Below, one piece after another: positions 30,159 through 41,456 of a DNA stretch of 64,000 bases. The notes under the pieces are model-generated. The model did no database searches and was not told where the DNA came from. It was given only the letters and a program-made list of their open reading frames with translations. Where the stretch lies: contig CAWFQL010000012.1 of the NCBI GenBank assembly GCA_963817915.1, forward strand, positions 32,001 to 96,000, written 5' to 3'. Each line of letters begins with the position of its first letter. Positions within the stretch are counted from its first letter, which is position 1. Both the position numbers and the translations under genes were made by a program. The stretch is from an uncultured candidate division Zixibacteria bacterium (GTDB lineage Bacteria; Zixibacteria; MSB-5A5; UBA10806).

Positions 30159-31196
30159 ATGAAAATTATCGATCTAAGATCCGATACGGTTACAAGACCA
30201 TCCGCAGAAATGCGAAAAGCCATGGCCGACGCCATTGTGGGCGATGATGTTTTCGAAGATGATCCTACTGTAAAGAAGCTTGAGGAAAAAGTCGCCTCGA
30301 CTTTAGGGCATGAGGCCGCTTTGTATGTGCCATCGGGTACTATGTCCAATCAGATTTCGCTGCGATTGCTTACTCATCCCACCGATGAAATTCTGTGCGA
30401 GTCGGGTGCTCATATTTTCAATTTCGAAGTGGGGGCGGCAGCGGCCCTATCCGGCATCCAGTTGAGACCTATCGACGCGCCCAATGGAATTCTCACGCCC
30501 GAATTATTCGAGCCATTGATCCGCGGAGAAAATATCCACAATCCCAATACAACAGTCCTGGCTCTTGAAAATACCCATAATCGTGCCGGAGGGACTGTCT
30601 ATCCCATGGAGACAATTAAGGCCAATCGCAAATTGGCTGATAAACATGGGTTGAAATTATATCTCGATGGCGCCAGAATCTGGCACGCGGCTATTTATCA
30701 TAAAATTCCACCGTCGGAAATCGCAAAGAATTTTGATTGCTTATCTGTATGTTTTTCAAAGGGGCTGGGGGCGCCTGTTGGCTCGGCGGTGGTTTCTACC
30801 AAAGAAAATATCAAAAAGGCGCGCCGAATTCGCAAAATGTATGGCGGGGGAATGCGGCAGGTTGGGATCATAGCCGCCGGGGCGCTTTACGCGCTCGAAC
30901 ATAATTACGATCGATTGATTGATGACCATCGCCGCGCGGCTAAATTAGTGGATAATCTTTTAGCATGTAAATTGTTCGAATTTAAAAAAGAGAATATTCA
31001 AACGAATATCGTGGTGTTTTCATTAAAACAGCCGCTAAAGGCCGATATTTTGTGTCATAAGCTGGCCGAGAAAAATGTTCTAGCGATTCAGTTCGGTGCC
31101 GGTCGCATCAGGATGGTGCCGCATCTCGATATCAATGATGAAGATATCGAGCGGGCCTCTCAAATAATTTTGGATACAGTAAAATCATTATCATAA
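30159..31196 (+). CDS. ltaE: Low-specificity L-threonine aldolase
   Basis: DLRSDTVT, SGTMSN, LENTHN, DGARIW, CFSKGLGAPVGS, GGGMRQ. Confidence 0.9.
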   Translation: MKIIDLRSDTVTRPSAEMRKAMADAIVGDDVFEDDPTVKKLEEKVASTLGHEAALYVPSGTMSNQISLRLLTHPTDEILCESGAHIFNFEVGAAAALSGIQLRPIDAPNGILTPELFEPLIRGENIHNPNTTVLALENTHNRAGGTVYPMETIKANRKLADKHGLKLYLDGARIWHAAIYHKIPPSEIAKNFDCLSVCFSKGLGAPVGSAVVSTKENIKKARRIRKMYGGGMRQVGIIAAGALYALEHNYDRLIDDHRRAAKLVDNLLACKLFEFKKENIQTNIVVFSLKQPLKADILCHKLAEKNVLAIQFGAGRIRMVPHLDINDEDIERASQIILDTVKSLS

Positions 31197-31251
31197 ATGC
31201 ATTTCTCAATCGCCTCTTTCTTTCGCCGATATTAGTATTGGGGAAAGTATA

Positions 31252-32740
31252 ATGGCGAAATTCTTTAAGATACGATTCAGATCGGGGCTGACTATTGCCC
31301 TATTTATTGTATGGTCAATTTCCATGTTTCTTGTCTATGATAAAAATTATGCCACGAGCAAAGTTGCCGATTTAACCGATATTCCGCTCGATCAAAGCCT
31401 TACGGGCGGTTATCAAAATTGGATGAATATATACATGGGCAAGGACAAAATCGGCTATTCCATGCAATCATTGAATACTTCTCCGCTCGGATATATTATG
31501 AAAGAATATTCTCTTATTCAGCTTCCATTAGGGGGCACGATCAAGGAAGTCCATCTTGATTCATATTCTGTCCTGAATCTTGATTACTCCCTGAAAAGCT
31601 TCACATTCGGACTGATTTCGGGGGATTATACAACTGACGTGTTCGGTGAAATTAAGAATAACGAGCTACTGATCAAGATGAAATCTCAGGAAAGCGAAAA
31701 CAAAGCCGTATTCGACGCTCCCAACGGAATTTATCTTCCTGGGGCTATTCCGTTGCTTGCCCGCGCGAAAAAATTTCCGCAGGGCAGTTTTATGCTGCCG
31801 ACATTCGATCCGCTATCGAGTCGCGATTAATGACCTGAGTGTGGCATTGGGGCCGAAGGAATCCATTAAAACCGGCGATACCGAATCAAAGGGATATCGA
31901 TTGTCGCTAACATTCGCCGGAGTCGCCACTACGATGTGGATCGATGATACGGGACGGGTGCTTTTGGAAGAAGAGACGGGCGGCATGAGAATGGTCAAAA
32001 CAGGCAGGGATGATGCTCTTGATATGCCGGTGGTTAATATTGATCAAAAGGATCTCCTGAATGCCCTGGCAGTCCCTTGCAAAGGTGAAATAAAAGACCC
32101 GAGGAATATCACTTATATGAAAGTCATGCTTGAGGGTATCGAGCCGGGGATTTTCGATCTTAACGATGATTTCCAAAAAATAGTATCGACCAATCCATTG
32201 GAACTGGAAATTCATCCCGGAGCCATAGATTCATCGAAACTTGAAAATTATGACAAGTTTCTAAAAGCTGAATCATTTATACAGGTCGATGATCCGAGAA
32301 TAATCGAAGCTTCCAATAGCATTGTCGGGCAGACAAAGAATCCATTGAACAGGGCAGAGAAAATCGGCGATTGGGTTTTTGCAAATCTCAAAAAGGATTA
32401 CGCGATATCATTGCCGTCAGCCGTGGATGTCCTCAAAGTTCGCAAGGGGGATTGTAATGAGCATACTACGCTTTACGCCGCCCTGGCACGTGCCGCAGGG
32501 CTGCCGACGAAAATCTGTATCGGGATTGTCTACAAGGACGGGTATTTCTACTATCACGCATGGCCAGCCGTTTACGTGGGAGGCTGGAGGCCCCTGGATC
32601 CCACATTTGGGCAAAAGACTACCGATGCCACCCACATTAAGCTGCTCGAAGGGGGTCTCGAACGGCAAGCCGACCTGATGAGGATTGTCGGGAAACTATC
32701 TGTGACGATATTGAAATATTCCAACGGGGAAAAATTATAA
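31252..32740 (+). CDS. Membrane-anchored transglutaminase-like (Cys-His-Asp) protein; +1 frameshift near 31819
   Basis: N-terminal TM; GDCNEH, YHAW, LDPT; the two ORFs join at PTFDPLS/VAINDL. Confidence 0.8.
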
Positions 32741-32744
32741 GTAT

Positions 32745-33497
32745 ATGATTGAAATAAAAAATATTACTAAGAGCTTCGATAAGAAATTAGCTGTCGATGA
32801 TGTTTCTATTCAGGTCGGAAAAGGCGAATTTTTCGCATTTTTGGGGCCTAACGGCGCCGGTAAGACGACTACAATCAAAATGATGACGGGACTGCTGAGG
32901 CCCGATTCTGGAAATGTGAAAATTTGCGGAATCGATGTTATCAAAGACCCGGCCGCGGCCAAAATGAAAATTGGATTCGTGCCCGATACACCTTATCTAT
33001 ATGAACGGCTGAGCGCGCGCGAGTTTCTTAAATTCACCGGCGGCCTTTTTGGAATGACACCTGAGAAAATTAAATCGCAAATCGAATGGCTATTCGAACT
33101 TTTCGGGATGGAAAGCTGGGCCGATAATCGCTGTGAGGAATATTCCCATGGAATGCGTCAAAAGTTGGTTTTCTGTTCCGCGTTTCTGCACGACCCGGAA
33201 GTATTGATAGTCGATGAGCCGATGGTCGGTCTCGATCCGCAATCGGCACGTCTGGTTAAAGATATGCTCAAGCTATACTCAAAGCGCGGTACCACGGTAT
33301 TTATTTCAACTCATACATTGAGCGTGGCAGAGGAAATTTGCGACAAGATCGGAATTGTCAATAAAGGCAAATTAGTGGCCTGCGGAAACCTTGGGGAATT
33401 GAGAAAGATGGCTGAATCCGAGGGTCAGAATTTGGAGCATCTTTTTCTAAAAATCACCGGCGGATTAAGAACTGCCAATATCCCCTCAGGAGAATAA
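32745..33497 (+). CDS. ABC transporter ATP-binding protein (exporter type)
   Basis: GPNGAGKTT, YSHGMRQK, VDEP, H-loop. Confidence 0.92.
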   Translation: MIEIKNITKSFDKKLAVDDVSIQVGKGEFFAFLGPNGAGKTTTIKMMTGLLRPDSGNVKICGIDVIKDPAAAKMKIGFVPDTPYLYERLSAREFLKFTGGLFGMTPEKIKSQIEWLFELFGMESWADNRCEEYSHGMRQKLVFCSAFLHDPEVLIVDEPMVGLDPQSARLVKDMLKLYSKRGTTVFISTHTLSVAEEICDKIGIVNKGKLVACGNLGELRKMAESEGQNLEHLFLKITGGLRTANIPSGE

Positions 33498-33498
33498 G

Positions 33499-35196
33499 GT
33501 GAGCAGCTTATCCCACATCCTCCAGTATAAATCTATCGCGGCCGGTTCATATCTGAAAAAGACCGATAGCGAACAGCTCCTGAAAATCATTGTCGGGGTA
33601 TTAGTTGTTCTCTGCTTTTTTTCCGGCGGCCTGATCTTTTTTTACAAGATATTTTCCTATCTCGCCGGCTTAAAGGATATCGGAAATCTCCTGATGAATA
33701 AAATCATGTCTCTGGGCTTCCTCGCGATTTTCATTATGCTTATAATCTCCAACCTGGTCACATCCATATCGACTATTTACAATTCGAGGGAGACAATTTT
33801 TCTGCTCTCGACACCGGCGGCCTATATAAGCGTCTTCATCGCGAAATTCATCGATAATATGGTTTATTCGACCTGGGCCGTACTGCTTTTAGGGCTGCCG
33901 CTGATTATCGCCTACGGACTCGTGCATGATTTTGGAATCTGGAAATATGTTTTCGAATTGTTTTGCGTGGTAATTCCATTTGTAATTATACCGGGCTGCA
34001 TAGGAGTCGGCCTTTCGATGATGATGTTTCTAATGTCCAAGTATGTTCGGCCAAGGACATTGATATTGTTTTCGGCGGCCATGATTGTTTCGGCGATAAT
34101 ATTGTATTTTAAATTCGGGCAACCTTCGTCTATGGCCTTGAATGTAATCTCGGACTGGCGCGTGCTAAACCGTTTTCTCGGCTCAATGGGCGCCACGTCA
34201 TTTCCATTTTTGCCGAGTTATTGGATATCGGAAACACTGAGGATACTCGCGTCGGGCGGCGGGAGGACATTATTTATCTACATGCTGGCGCTGGTTTCGA
34301 CAACGCTTCTCGCGGTAAACATACTATTTGATCTGGCTGAAAAATATTATTACAAAAGCTGGCTGGCGTCGTTCGAATATCATTCCAGCCGTTCAAAAAA
34401 GCTGGTGCGTCCGCAAAAAGCATCGCCATTCTTTCGTCTACCACATTGGCTGCCCTCGGATTTTAGCGCAGTGCTCGCAAAAGATCTTAAGCTCTTTATC
34501 CGGGAGCCTGCACAGTGGGCTCAATTCTCGATCCTGCTTGTCCTGCTTTTCATCTACCTTATCAATTTGAGATTTTTCCCTACTGATATAAAAGATATTT
34601 TTTGGAAGACTCTGATAGGCTTTGGCAATTTCGCGTTTTCGGGATTTATTCTGGCGACATTATCAGTCAGGTTCGTATTCCCGACAATCAGCCTTGAGGG
34701 GAAGTCATTCTGGACAATAGCATCCTCACCGATGCCGCTCAAACGATTATTCTGGGAGAAATTCTGGTCGGCGTTCCTGATATTTCTTTTTATCTCGGAA
34801 ATCCTCGCGCTTGTTTCCAGTGTGATGCTGGGCTTACGCGGCATATTGATGGTTCTAACGTTTTTCTCGGTTTTGCTGATGTCGGCATCGCTAACCTGTC
34901 TTTCAGTCGGCATGGGAGCGATATTCCCTCGTTTCGAAGAGCGGAACCCCGGCAAGATCGCATCATCGGCGGGAGGCATGCTGACTACGGTCATAAGCCT
35001 TATTTATGTCGGCCTTATGGTCATAATTGCCGCGCTTCCGGCGCACCGTTATTCAATGTATAAATTTGATTCAACTCAGCCATTTCCCAAATTCGAAATT
35101 GGGATTTCTCTCGCATTTATGTTTATATTGAATTTGACAACGATAATTATGCCCCTTAAATTAGGGCTTTCATCGATGAAGAGACGAGATTTTTAA
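33499..35196 (+). CDS. Putative ABC exporter permease (multi-TM)
   Basis: Many TM helices; KDLKLF.REPAQW, RFVFPTISLEG; adjacent to the ATPase. Confidence 0.8.
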   Translation: MSSLSHILQYKSIAAGSYLKKTDSEQLLKIIVGVLVVLCFFSGGLIFFYKIFSYLAGLKDIGNLLMNKIMSLGFLAIFIMLIISNLVTSISTIYNSRETIFLLSTPAAYISVFIAKFIDNMVYSTWAVLLLGLPLIIAYGLVHDFGIWKYVFELFCVVIPFVIIPGCIGVGLSMMMFLMSKYVRPRTLILFSAAMIVSAIILYFKFGQPSSMALNVISDWRVLNRFLGSMGATSFPFLPSYWISETLRILASGGGRTLFIYMLALVSTTLLAVNILFDLAEKYYYKSWLASFEYHSSRSKKLVRPQKASPFFRLPHWLPSDFSAVLAKDLKLFIREPAQWAQFSILLVLLFIYLINLRFFPTDIKDIFWKTLIGFGNFAFSGFILATLSVRFVFPTISLEGKSFWTIASSPMPLKRLFWEKFWSAFLIFLFISEILALVSSVMLGLRGILMVLTFFSVLLMSASLTCLSVGMGAIFPRFEERNPGKIASSAGGMLTTVISLIYVGLMVIIAALPAHRYSMYKFDSTQPFPKFEIGISLAFMFILNLTTIIMPLKLGLSSMKRRDF

Positions 35197-35215
35197 TGAA
35201 AGTACGGGGAATTAA

Positions 35216-36142
35216 ATGAAAATATTGGTGACAGGCGGCGCGGGATTTATCGGCTCGAATCTGGCGGACGCATTACTCGGTGACAATCATTCGGTTGCTA
35301 TTATTGATAACCTCTCCACCGGAAAAATGGAAAATATACCGGCTAAAGCGGAATTTCATCAGATAGATATTGCCAGCCCGGTCGTGAATAAAATATTCGA
35401 GCGCGGAAAATTTGATGTGGTTTTTCATTTGGCGGCTCAAATGGATGTCAGAAAATCTGTCGAAAATCCGATAAACGACGCCGAGATCAATATACTTGGC
35501 GGAATCAATCTGCTGCAGGCATCCATAAAGCATAAGGTAAAAAAGATTGTTTTTTCATCGACTGGCGGCGCAATCTATGGCGAGCAGAATTATTTTCCCG
35601 CCGATGAAAAGCATGACGCCAATCCTGTCAGTCCCTATGGAATCTCCAAATTGGCGTTCGAAAAATATCTATATTTCTATAATATTCAGCATGGCCTGGG
35701 ATATGTCGCGCTCCGTTATGCCAATGTCTATGGGCCAAGGCAAAATTCCGAAGGCGAAGCTGGAGTCGTGGCTATTTTCTGCAAGAGACTTCTCAATGGC
35801 GATAAAGCCGTAGTCTATGGCGACGGCCTCCAAACGCGCGATTTTGTGTTTGTCGAGGATGTCGTCCGGGCAAATATGTTGGCTATGAATCATAAAGATT
35901 CAGATTCGTTTAATGTCGGCACCGGCATCGAGACAGATATTAATACAATCTTTGATAAGATAAAAGATGCATCCGGCTCAACTCAGAAGAGAATAAATGC
36001 CGAAGGCAAGCCGGGCGAACAAAGACGCAGTTGTATCACTCACGATAAAATTAAGAAGATTCTCGGATGGTCGCCGCAAATCAGCCTTGATATGGGAATA
36101 CCGAAAACTGTGGCGTTTTTTAAAGGCCAGTCAAAAAAATAG
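35216..36142 (+). CDS. NAD-dependent epimerase/dehydratase (UDP-glucose 4-epimerase-like)
   Basis: TGGAGFIG, YGISK, RYANVYGPRQ. Confidence 0.9.
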   Translation: MKILVTGGAGFIGSNLADALLGDNHSVAIIDNLSTGKMENIPAKAEFHQIDIASPVVNKIFERGKFDVVFHLAAQMDVRKSVENPINDAEINILGGINLLQASIKHKVKKIVFSSTGGAIYGEQNYFPADEKHDANPVSPYGISKLAFEKYLYFYNIQHGLGYVALRYANVYGPRQNSEGEAGVVAIFCKRLLNGDKAVVYGDGLQTRDFVFVEDVVRANMLAMNHKDSDSFNVGTGIETDINTIFDKIKDASGSTQKRINAEGKPGEQRRSCITHDKIKKILGWSPQISLDMGIPKTVAFFKGQSKK

Positions 36143-36248
36143 AAACCAAGACGGATAGATACTATATTTATAAGCATGTATTCCCGTGTGTGGGATTGCA
36201 TGTTTATTTGTCTTAATCAGTTCGAATTTTAATATTATTGGAGGAAAT

Positions 36249-36668
36249 ATGAAAAAGGCCAGAGTAAAATGGGTGGAAAATCTGAAATTTATCGGAGACT
36301 CGCCATCGGGCCATAGTATCGCGATGGACGGTCCCAAAGAGCCGGGCGGAGATGATTCGGCAATTCATCCCGGTGAAATGACATTGGTGGCACTTGGCGG
36401 CTGCACCGGAATCGATGTCGTATCTATTCTAAAGAGAATGCGCGTGCCGTTCGATTCATTCGAGATAGCCATTGAAGCTGACGCCCGCGAAGAGCATCCC
36501 AAAACCTTCACGAAAATAAGGCTGAAATATATTTTGAAGGGTAAAAATATCGATGAATCCAAAGTCAAGCAGGCGATAGAATTGTCACAGGAAAAATATT
36601 GCTCGGTCTCCGCCATGATGAAAAAATCAGCCGAATTATCCTATGAATATGAGATTATCGAGGCCTAA
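36249..36668 (+). CDS. OsmC/YhfA family protein
   Basis: LGGCTGIDV and EKYCSV; GGAGG RBS. Confidence 0.9.
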   Translation: MKKARVKWVENLKFIGDSPSGHSIAMDGPKEPGGDDSAIHPGEMTLVALGGCTGIDVVSILKRMRVPFDSFEIAIEADAREEHPKTFTKIRLKYILKGKNIDESKVKQAIELSQEKYCSVSAMMKKSAELSYEYEIIEA

Positions 36669-37531
36669 TCTGTTTTTCTAAGATATACAGTTCTGTGCGG
36701 GAATGGTATTTCGATGCCCTGCTTATCAAATTCATTTTTGACCCGTTTGCGAAACTCCCTGGCGACATCCCATTGCATTTGAGGTCTGGTCTTGAATATC
36801 ATTCCAATATTTACAGCGGAATCATCGAGCGATTCGACTCCCAATATTGTTGGAGGTTCTAAGATAAATTTCTTATAGTCAGCATCTTCCGCCATCTTAT
36901 CGCCCAGCGCTTTTAAGATATTGATTACGCGATCGACATCTTCTTTATAGGCGACTGAAAAATTCAATTTTGCCCGCGACCACCCGAATGTCATATTGCT
37001 GACAGTTTTGATTTCGCCATTGGGGACAGCATGCACTACACCTTCGATATCGCGTAATACGACTATTCGCAGCGTAATCTTCTCAACCAATCCGGTCACA
37101 TCACCCAGCTTGACCACATCTCCAACCCGAATTTGATTTTCCATGATAAGAAAAAAGCCGCTCACAATATCTTTCACCAATGATTGCGAGCCGAAACCAA
37201 TCGCTAGGCCGATAATTCCAGCGCCAGCCAGCACCGGTCCGATATCGAAACCCAATTCCTTTATGATACTAATTCCGCCAAAAGAAACAACGAGTACTCG
37301 GACGGCAAAATTAAAAATCTGCACTAATGTCTTGGTGCGCCGTTCACGTTCGTTTTCCGTGGTGGGATCGTTGTCTTCCGAAATATGAATAATCTTTCTG
37401 CCGATTACCTTGGCGATCATGATGAGGACCCACATCCCGACCAGAATCAGCAATATCTTTAGGCCGCGGGTAAACGCCCACTTGGAAAGGTATTCCAGCA
37501 GTTGGGGAATATTTTCGGGCAAATCTTTCAT
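36665..37531 (-). CDS. Small-conductance mechanosensitive channel (MscS/YbiO-like)
   Basis: GLAIGFGSQSLVKD, RVGDVV, VPNG, GIEIPFP. Confidence 0.9.
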   Translation of the reverse strand: MKDLPENIPQLLEYLSKWAFTRGLKILLILVGMWVLIMIAKVIGRKIIHISEDNDPTTENERERRTKTLVQIFNFAVRVLVVSFGGISIIKELGFDIGPVLAGAGIIGLAIGFGSQSLVKDIVSGFFLIMENQIRVGDVVKLGDVTGLVEKITLRIVVLRDIEGVVHAVPNGEIKTVSNMTFGWSRAKLNFSVAYKEDVDRVINILKALGDKMAEDADYKKFILEPPTILGVESLDDSAVNIGMIFKTRPQMQWDVAREFRKRVKNEFDKQGIEIPFPHRTVYLRKTD

Positions 37532-37709
37532 AATTTATTCCTCTAAAATCATCTCAAATATAATTTTGTTGTTCTCAGTCTCATACCCAAGGCTATTAGA
37601 ATATAATTGAGGAATTTTCAAGGGATTTATCCTGCGAAAAATCCCCGGAAAATATCGAAAAATCGACAAGATCATTGATTTTTCGCTGGTTCGGCATTAT
37701 ACTTGTTAT

Positions 37710-39245
37710 ATGCTTGCCAGAATAACTTCGTCCGCAGTTTTTGGAATTGATTCCTATTTGGTTCAGGTAGAGGTCGATGTTTCATCGCAGCTACCGGCAT
37801 TTGCCACAGTCGGTCTGCCTGAAGCCGCAGTCAAAGAGTCAAAAGAAAGGGTTACGGCGGCTATCAAAAATTCCGGATTCATGTTCCCCGGAAGGAAGGT
37901 CACTGTTAATCTTGCGCCCGCTGATGTCAAAAAAACCGGGACCGCATTCGACTTGCCGATGGCGATAGGAATTCTGGCAGCGACCGGCCAAATAGACCGC
38001 ACTGATTTTGAAGATATAATCATCTTAGGCGAGCTTTCCCTTGACGGCACTATTCGCCCTGTTCCGGGGATACTCTCGATGGCAGTCGGAGCGATCAAAA
38101 AGAAAATCAAATCAATGCTGGTTCCGGTTGAAAGCGCCTCGGAAGCCGCTACTGCCGGGGGTGTCGATGTCTATCCAGTAAAGAATCTAATTGAAGCTAT
38201 CGAATTTCTCGAAAAGGGAAATACAATAATTCCCCATAAAGTCGATGTGCGCAAATTTTTCGAGGAAAATAGAAGATCGGATATCGATTTCGCCGATGTC
38301 AAAGGCCAGGAGCATACCAAACGAGCTCTTGAGGTTGCCGCCGCCGGTGGCCATAACATCATCATGATCGGACCGCCGGGATCGGGCAAGACCATGCTCG
38401 CCAAACGAATTCCCACAATCCTGCCTGATCTGACATTGGGCGAGGCATTGGAAACAACCAAGATATATTCTGTAGGCGGCCATCTGCAGCCAAATCAGGC
38501 GTTAGTAGCAGTGAGGCCGTTCAGGTCGCCTCATCATACGATATCCGATGTTGGATTAACTGGTGGAACGGGTTTGCTTCTACCGGGCGAAGTGAGTCTT
38601 TCTCATAATGGCGTTTTGTTCTTGGATGAGCTCCCGGAATTTAATAAATCCGCTCTCGAATCACTTCGCCAGCCGCTTGAAAATGGCTGGGTTACAATTA
38701 CGCGTGCCTCGGGTTCGGTTACCTATCCGGCCAATATGATGCTGGCTGCAGCGTTAAATCCCTGCCCTTGCGGCTATTTTGGCGACCCCAATCATACCTG
38801 CAATTGCACGCCGACCAATATCCAACGTTATATTTCGAAAATCTCGGGTCCGCTTCTTGATAGAATAGATATCCATATCGAAGTGCCGGCAGTCAAGTTC
38901 AAGGAGCTATCATCGGAATCAATGGGCGAGGGCTCGGAAGCGATCAGAAAAAGAGTCAACGCTGCCCGCAAAATACAGCTCGAAAGATTCCAGGAGCAGG
39001 AAGGTATTTATTGCAACGCCCAGATGGAGACTAATTTGATTCGTAAGATTTGCAAAGTCGACAACGATTCTCTATCGCTTCTCAAAACAGCTATTACCCG
39101 ACTTGGATTGTCTGCCCGAGCTTATGACAGGATATTAAAAGTATCGCGAACTATCGCCGATCTCGAGGGTTCCGAAGGAATTACATCGGCGCATATCTCT
39201 GAAGCAATCGGTTATCGCAATCTCGACCGAAATTATTGGCAATAA
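37710..39245 (+). CDS. comM: YifB/ComM Mg-chelatase-like AAA+ ATPase
   Basis: [46 protein letters not shown]. Confidence 0.92.
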   Translation: MLARITSSAVFGIDSYLVQVEVDVSSQLPAFATVGLPEAAVKESKERVTAAIKNSGFMFPGRKVTVNLAPADVKKTGTAFDLPMAIGILAATGQIDRTDFEDIIILGELSLDGTIRPVPGILSMAVGAIKKKIKSMLVPVESASEAATAGGVDVYPVKNLIEAIEFLEKGNTIIPHKVDVRKFFEENRRSDIDFADVKGQEHTKRALEVAAAGGHNIIMIGPPGSGKTMLAKRIPTILPDLTLGEALETTKIYSVGGHLQPNQALVAVRPFRSPHHTISDVGLTGGTGLLLPGEVSLSHNGVLFLDELPEFNKSALESLRQPLENGWVTITRASGSVTYPANMMLAAALNPCPCGYFGDPNHTCNCTPTNIQRYISKISGPLLDRIDIHIEVPAVKFKELSSESMGEGSEAIRKRVNAARKIQLERFQEQEGIYCNAQMETNLIRKICKVDNDSLSLLKTAITRLGLSARAYDRILKVSRTIADLEGSEGITSAHISEAIGYRNLDRNYWQ

Positions 39246-39303
39246 ATCGAACACTCCGAAATCACCTTGACATTTATTGAGTTTTAATCGTTTTTTATCT
39301 ATT

Positions 39304-39993
39304 ATGAATGCCGGAAAGCATATTTCGAGGCAGAGTCTTGCGGTTGGCATTTTAATGTTAATATTAATGACTAATTCTTGTAGCAAAAAGCCCACGGATC
39401 AATCCCGCCCCTTTGATGTCTTTGGCAGGATTGTTTTTCGGCCACTTTTGACTATAGATTCCGCGGCGGAATTTTATGTTTATTCTTACGGGCGCGCTGT
39501 TACCGATGCGGAAATTATTGTAAAGCAGGATACTATTCCTCTTTCCGATGCCGGGGCTGGATACTATACGAGGCCGATGCAACTCCAAATCGGCGATACC
39601 GTTAGCTATTCAATACGTTCGGAGAAGGGCTCGCTAAACGGCAGTGTTATTATTCCCGATACGGCATCCATTATATTTCCGCGATATTTCGATTCTTTGG
39701 CAATCGGTGTTGAATTTACAGCTATCTGGCATTTGACACCCAGGGCCGATGGATTTTTTGCCTATCTCGAAAATCAAAGAGGCTATGTCGGAGCGGTCAC
39801 TGAAACATATTATGATACTACTGCCACGCTACCCGCCGAAAACTCTATTAATATAGGCCATGACCGTTTTTGGGTAGAGACCCTCAGTGGAGCTTTCTCC
39901 AGCGCCATAACTCCGGGAAATAAAATCATGCCTCGCGGCGTGGTCGGAGCCGCCGGAAATAGCCGCGATGTTTATTTGTATTTGTCGAATTAG
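39304..39993 (+). CDS. Hypothetical lipoprotein
   Basis: Hydrophobic stretch ending in lipobox-like TNSC; beta-rich body. Confidence 0.6.
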   Translation: MNAGKHISRQSLAVGILMLILMTNSCSKKPTDQSRPFDVFGRIVFRPLLTIDSAAEFYVYSYGRAVTDAEIIVKQDTIPLSDAGAGYYTRPMQLQIGDTVSYSIRSEKGSLNGSVIIPDTASIIFPRYFDSLAIGVEFTAIWHLTPRADGFFAYLENQRGYVGAVTETYYDTTATLPAENSINIGHDRFWVETLSGAFSSAITPGNKIMPRGVVGAAGNSRDVYLYLSN

Positions 39994-40043
39994 ATAAATA
40001 TTTACACAATCTTAATGATACTAGATTTAAATCGGGTGAATTC

Positions 40044-41447
40044 ATGACTGAACTTCAGAGGACAATTAAGAAACCGGCCAGCCTTTCAGGGGTTGGGTTG
40101 CACACAGGCGAAAAGGCGACAATAACATTCAGACCGGCGCCGATTAACCACGGGATAACCTTTATCAGAACCGATCTTGAAAATGCTCCGGAAATTCCTG
40201 CCGATGTCGAACATGTTGTAGATTTAAAACGAGGCACCAGTTTGGGAATCGACGGTGTTAAGGTTCACACAGTAGAACATGTCTTAGCTGCATTGGCCGG
40301 TTTGCAGGTCGACAACCTGAAAGTCGAACTTTCGAATTCCGAGCCGCCAATCGGCGATGGCTCCGCCTATCCCTATGTAGAAGTAATTCTCGAAGCGGGT
40401 ATAGTCGAACAGGATGCGCCTAAACAGTATCTTCAAATTGAAACTCCAATAGCGTATTCAGAGAAAGACCGCGGGGTCGATTTGGTGGTAGTGCCATCGG
40501 AAAAGCTTAGAATTACATTTATGGTCGATTACAAGAATCCTGCCCTCGGAACTCAATATACAACTCTGTATGATCTCGATGACGAATTCGTCGAAGAGTA
40601 CTCGAAAGCAAGAACGTTTTGTTTCCTGACCGAGGTCGAAGAGCTTTTCAATTCAGGCCTGATAAAAGGCGGGAGCATTGATAACGCGATCGTCATAATG
40701 GATCAGGAACTGACTCCCGAGATGATAACCAAGCTCAAGGGCCAATTCGATTTGACTCGTGAAGTATTCGCCGGGAAAACCGGTATCTTGAATGATATCC
40801 CTCTACGATATTATAATGAACCTGTTCGTCATAAGGCGCTCGACCTGCTTGGCGATTTATTTCTTATAGGGGTTCCTCTTAAAGCGCATATTCTGGCTGC
40901 TCGTTCGGGGCACGCGGCCAATGTCGGCCTTGCCCGTAAAATCCGTTCAATATATCAGAAACGGTTGATTGCCAATAAATACCAGAAGGGCAAGGCTCCC
41001 AGTGAATTTCTTCTCGATATAAATGCCATAGCTAAAATTTTGCCTCATCGCTATCCATTTTTGATGATCGATAGGGTGCTCGATATCGATGGAACTTCAA
41101 GAATCGTCGCGATCAAAAATGTGACGATCAATGAGCCGTTCTTTCAGGGCCATTTCCCCGGCAAGCCCGTAATGCCGGGCGTTATGATAATCGAGGCTAT
41201 GGCGCAGGCAGGCGGTCTTTTGCTTTTGAATGCTCTCGAGAATCTCGAAACCAAGTTTGCATTTTTCATGTCAATCGACGGCGTCAAATTCCGCAAACCT
41301 GTTATCCCCGGCGATCAGCTCAGACTCGAAATCGAAATGCTCAACTTCAAACCGACATTGATAAAAATCTCGGGCAAGGCATATGTCGAAAGCAAATTGG
41401 TCGCGGAGGGTACATTTACCGCAGTGGTGGTTGATAGGGATATTTAG
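40044..41447 (+). CDS. lpxC/fabZ: Bifunctional UDP-3-O-acyl-GlcNAc deacetylase / 3-hydroxyacyl-ACP dehydratase
   Basis: GVGLHTG, TVEHVLA, HKALDLLGD; LPHRYPFL, FFQGHFP..PVMPGV. Confidence 0.95.
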   Translation: MTELQRTIKKPASLSGVGLHTGEKATITFRPAPINHGITFIRTDLENAPEIPADVEHVVDLKRGTSLGIDGVKVHTVEHVLAALAGLQVDNLKVELSNSEPPIGDGSAYPYVEVILEAGIVEQDAPKQYLQIETPIAYSEKDRGVDLVVVPSEKLRITFMVDYKNPALGTQYTTLYDLDDEFVEEYSKARTFCFLTEVEELFNSGLIKGGSIDNAIVIMDQELTPEMITKLKGQFDLTREVFAGKTGILNDIPLRYYNEPVRHKALDLLGDLFLIGVPLKAHILAARSGHAANVGLARKIRSIYQKRLIANKYQKGKAPSEFLLDINAIAKILPHRYPFLMIDRVLDIDGTSRIVAIKNVTINEPFFQGHFPGKPVMPGVMIIEAMAQAGGLLLLNALENLETKFAFFMSIDGVKFRKPVIPGDQLRLEIEMLNFKPTLIKISGKAYVESKLVAEGTFTAVVVDRDI

Positions 41448-41456
41448 GAGGAGGGA

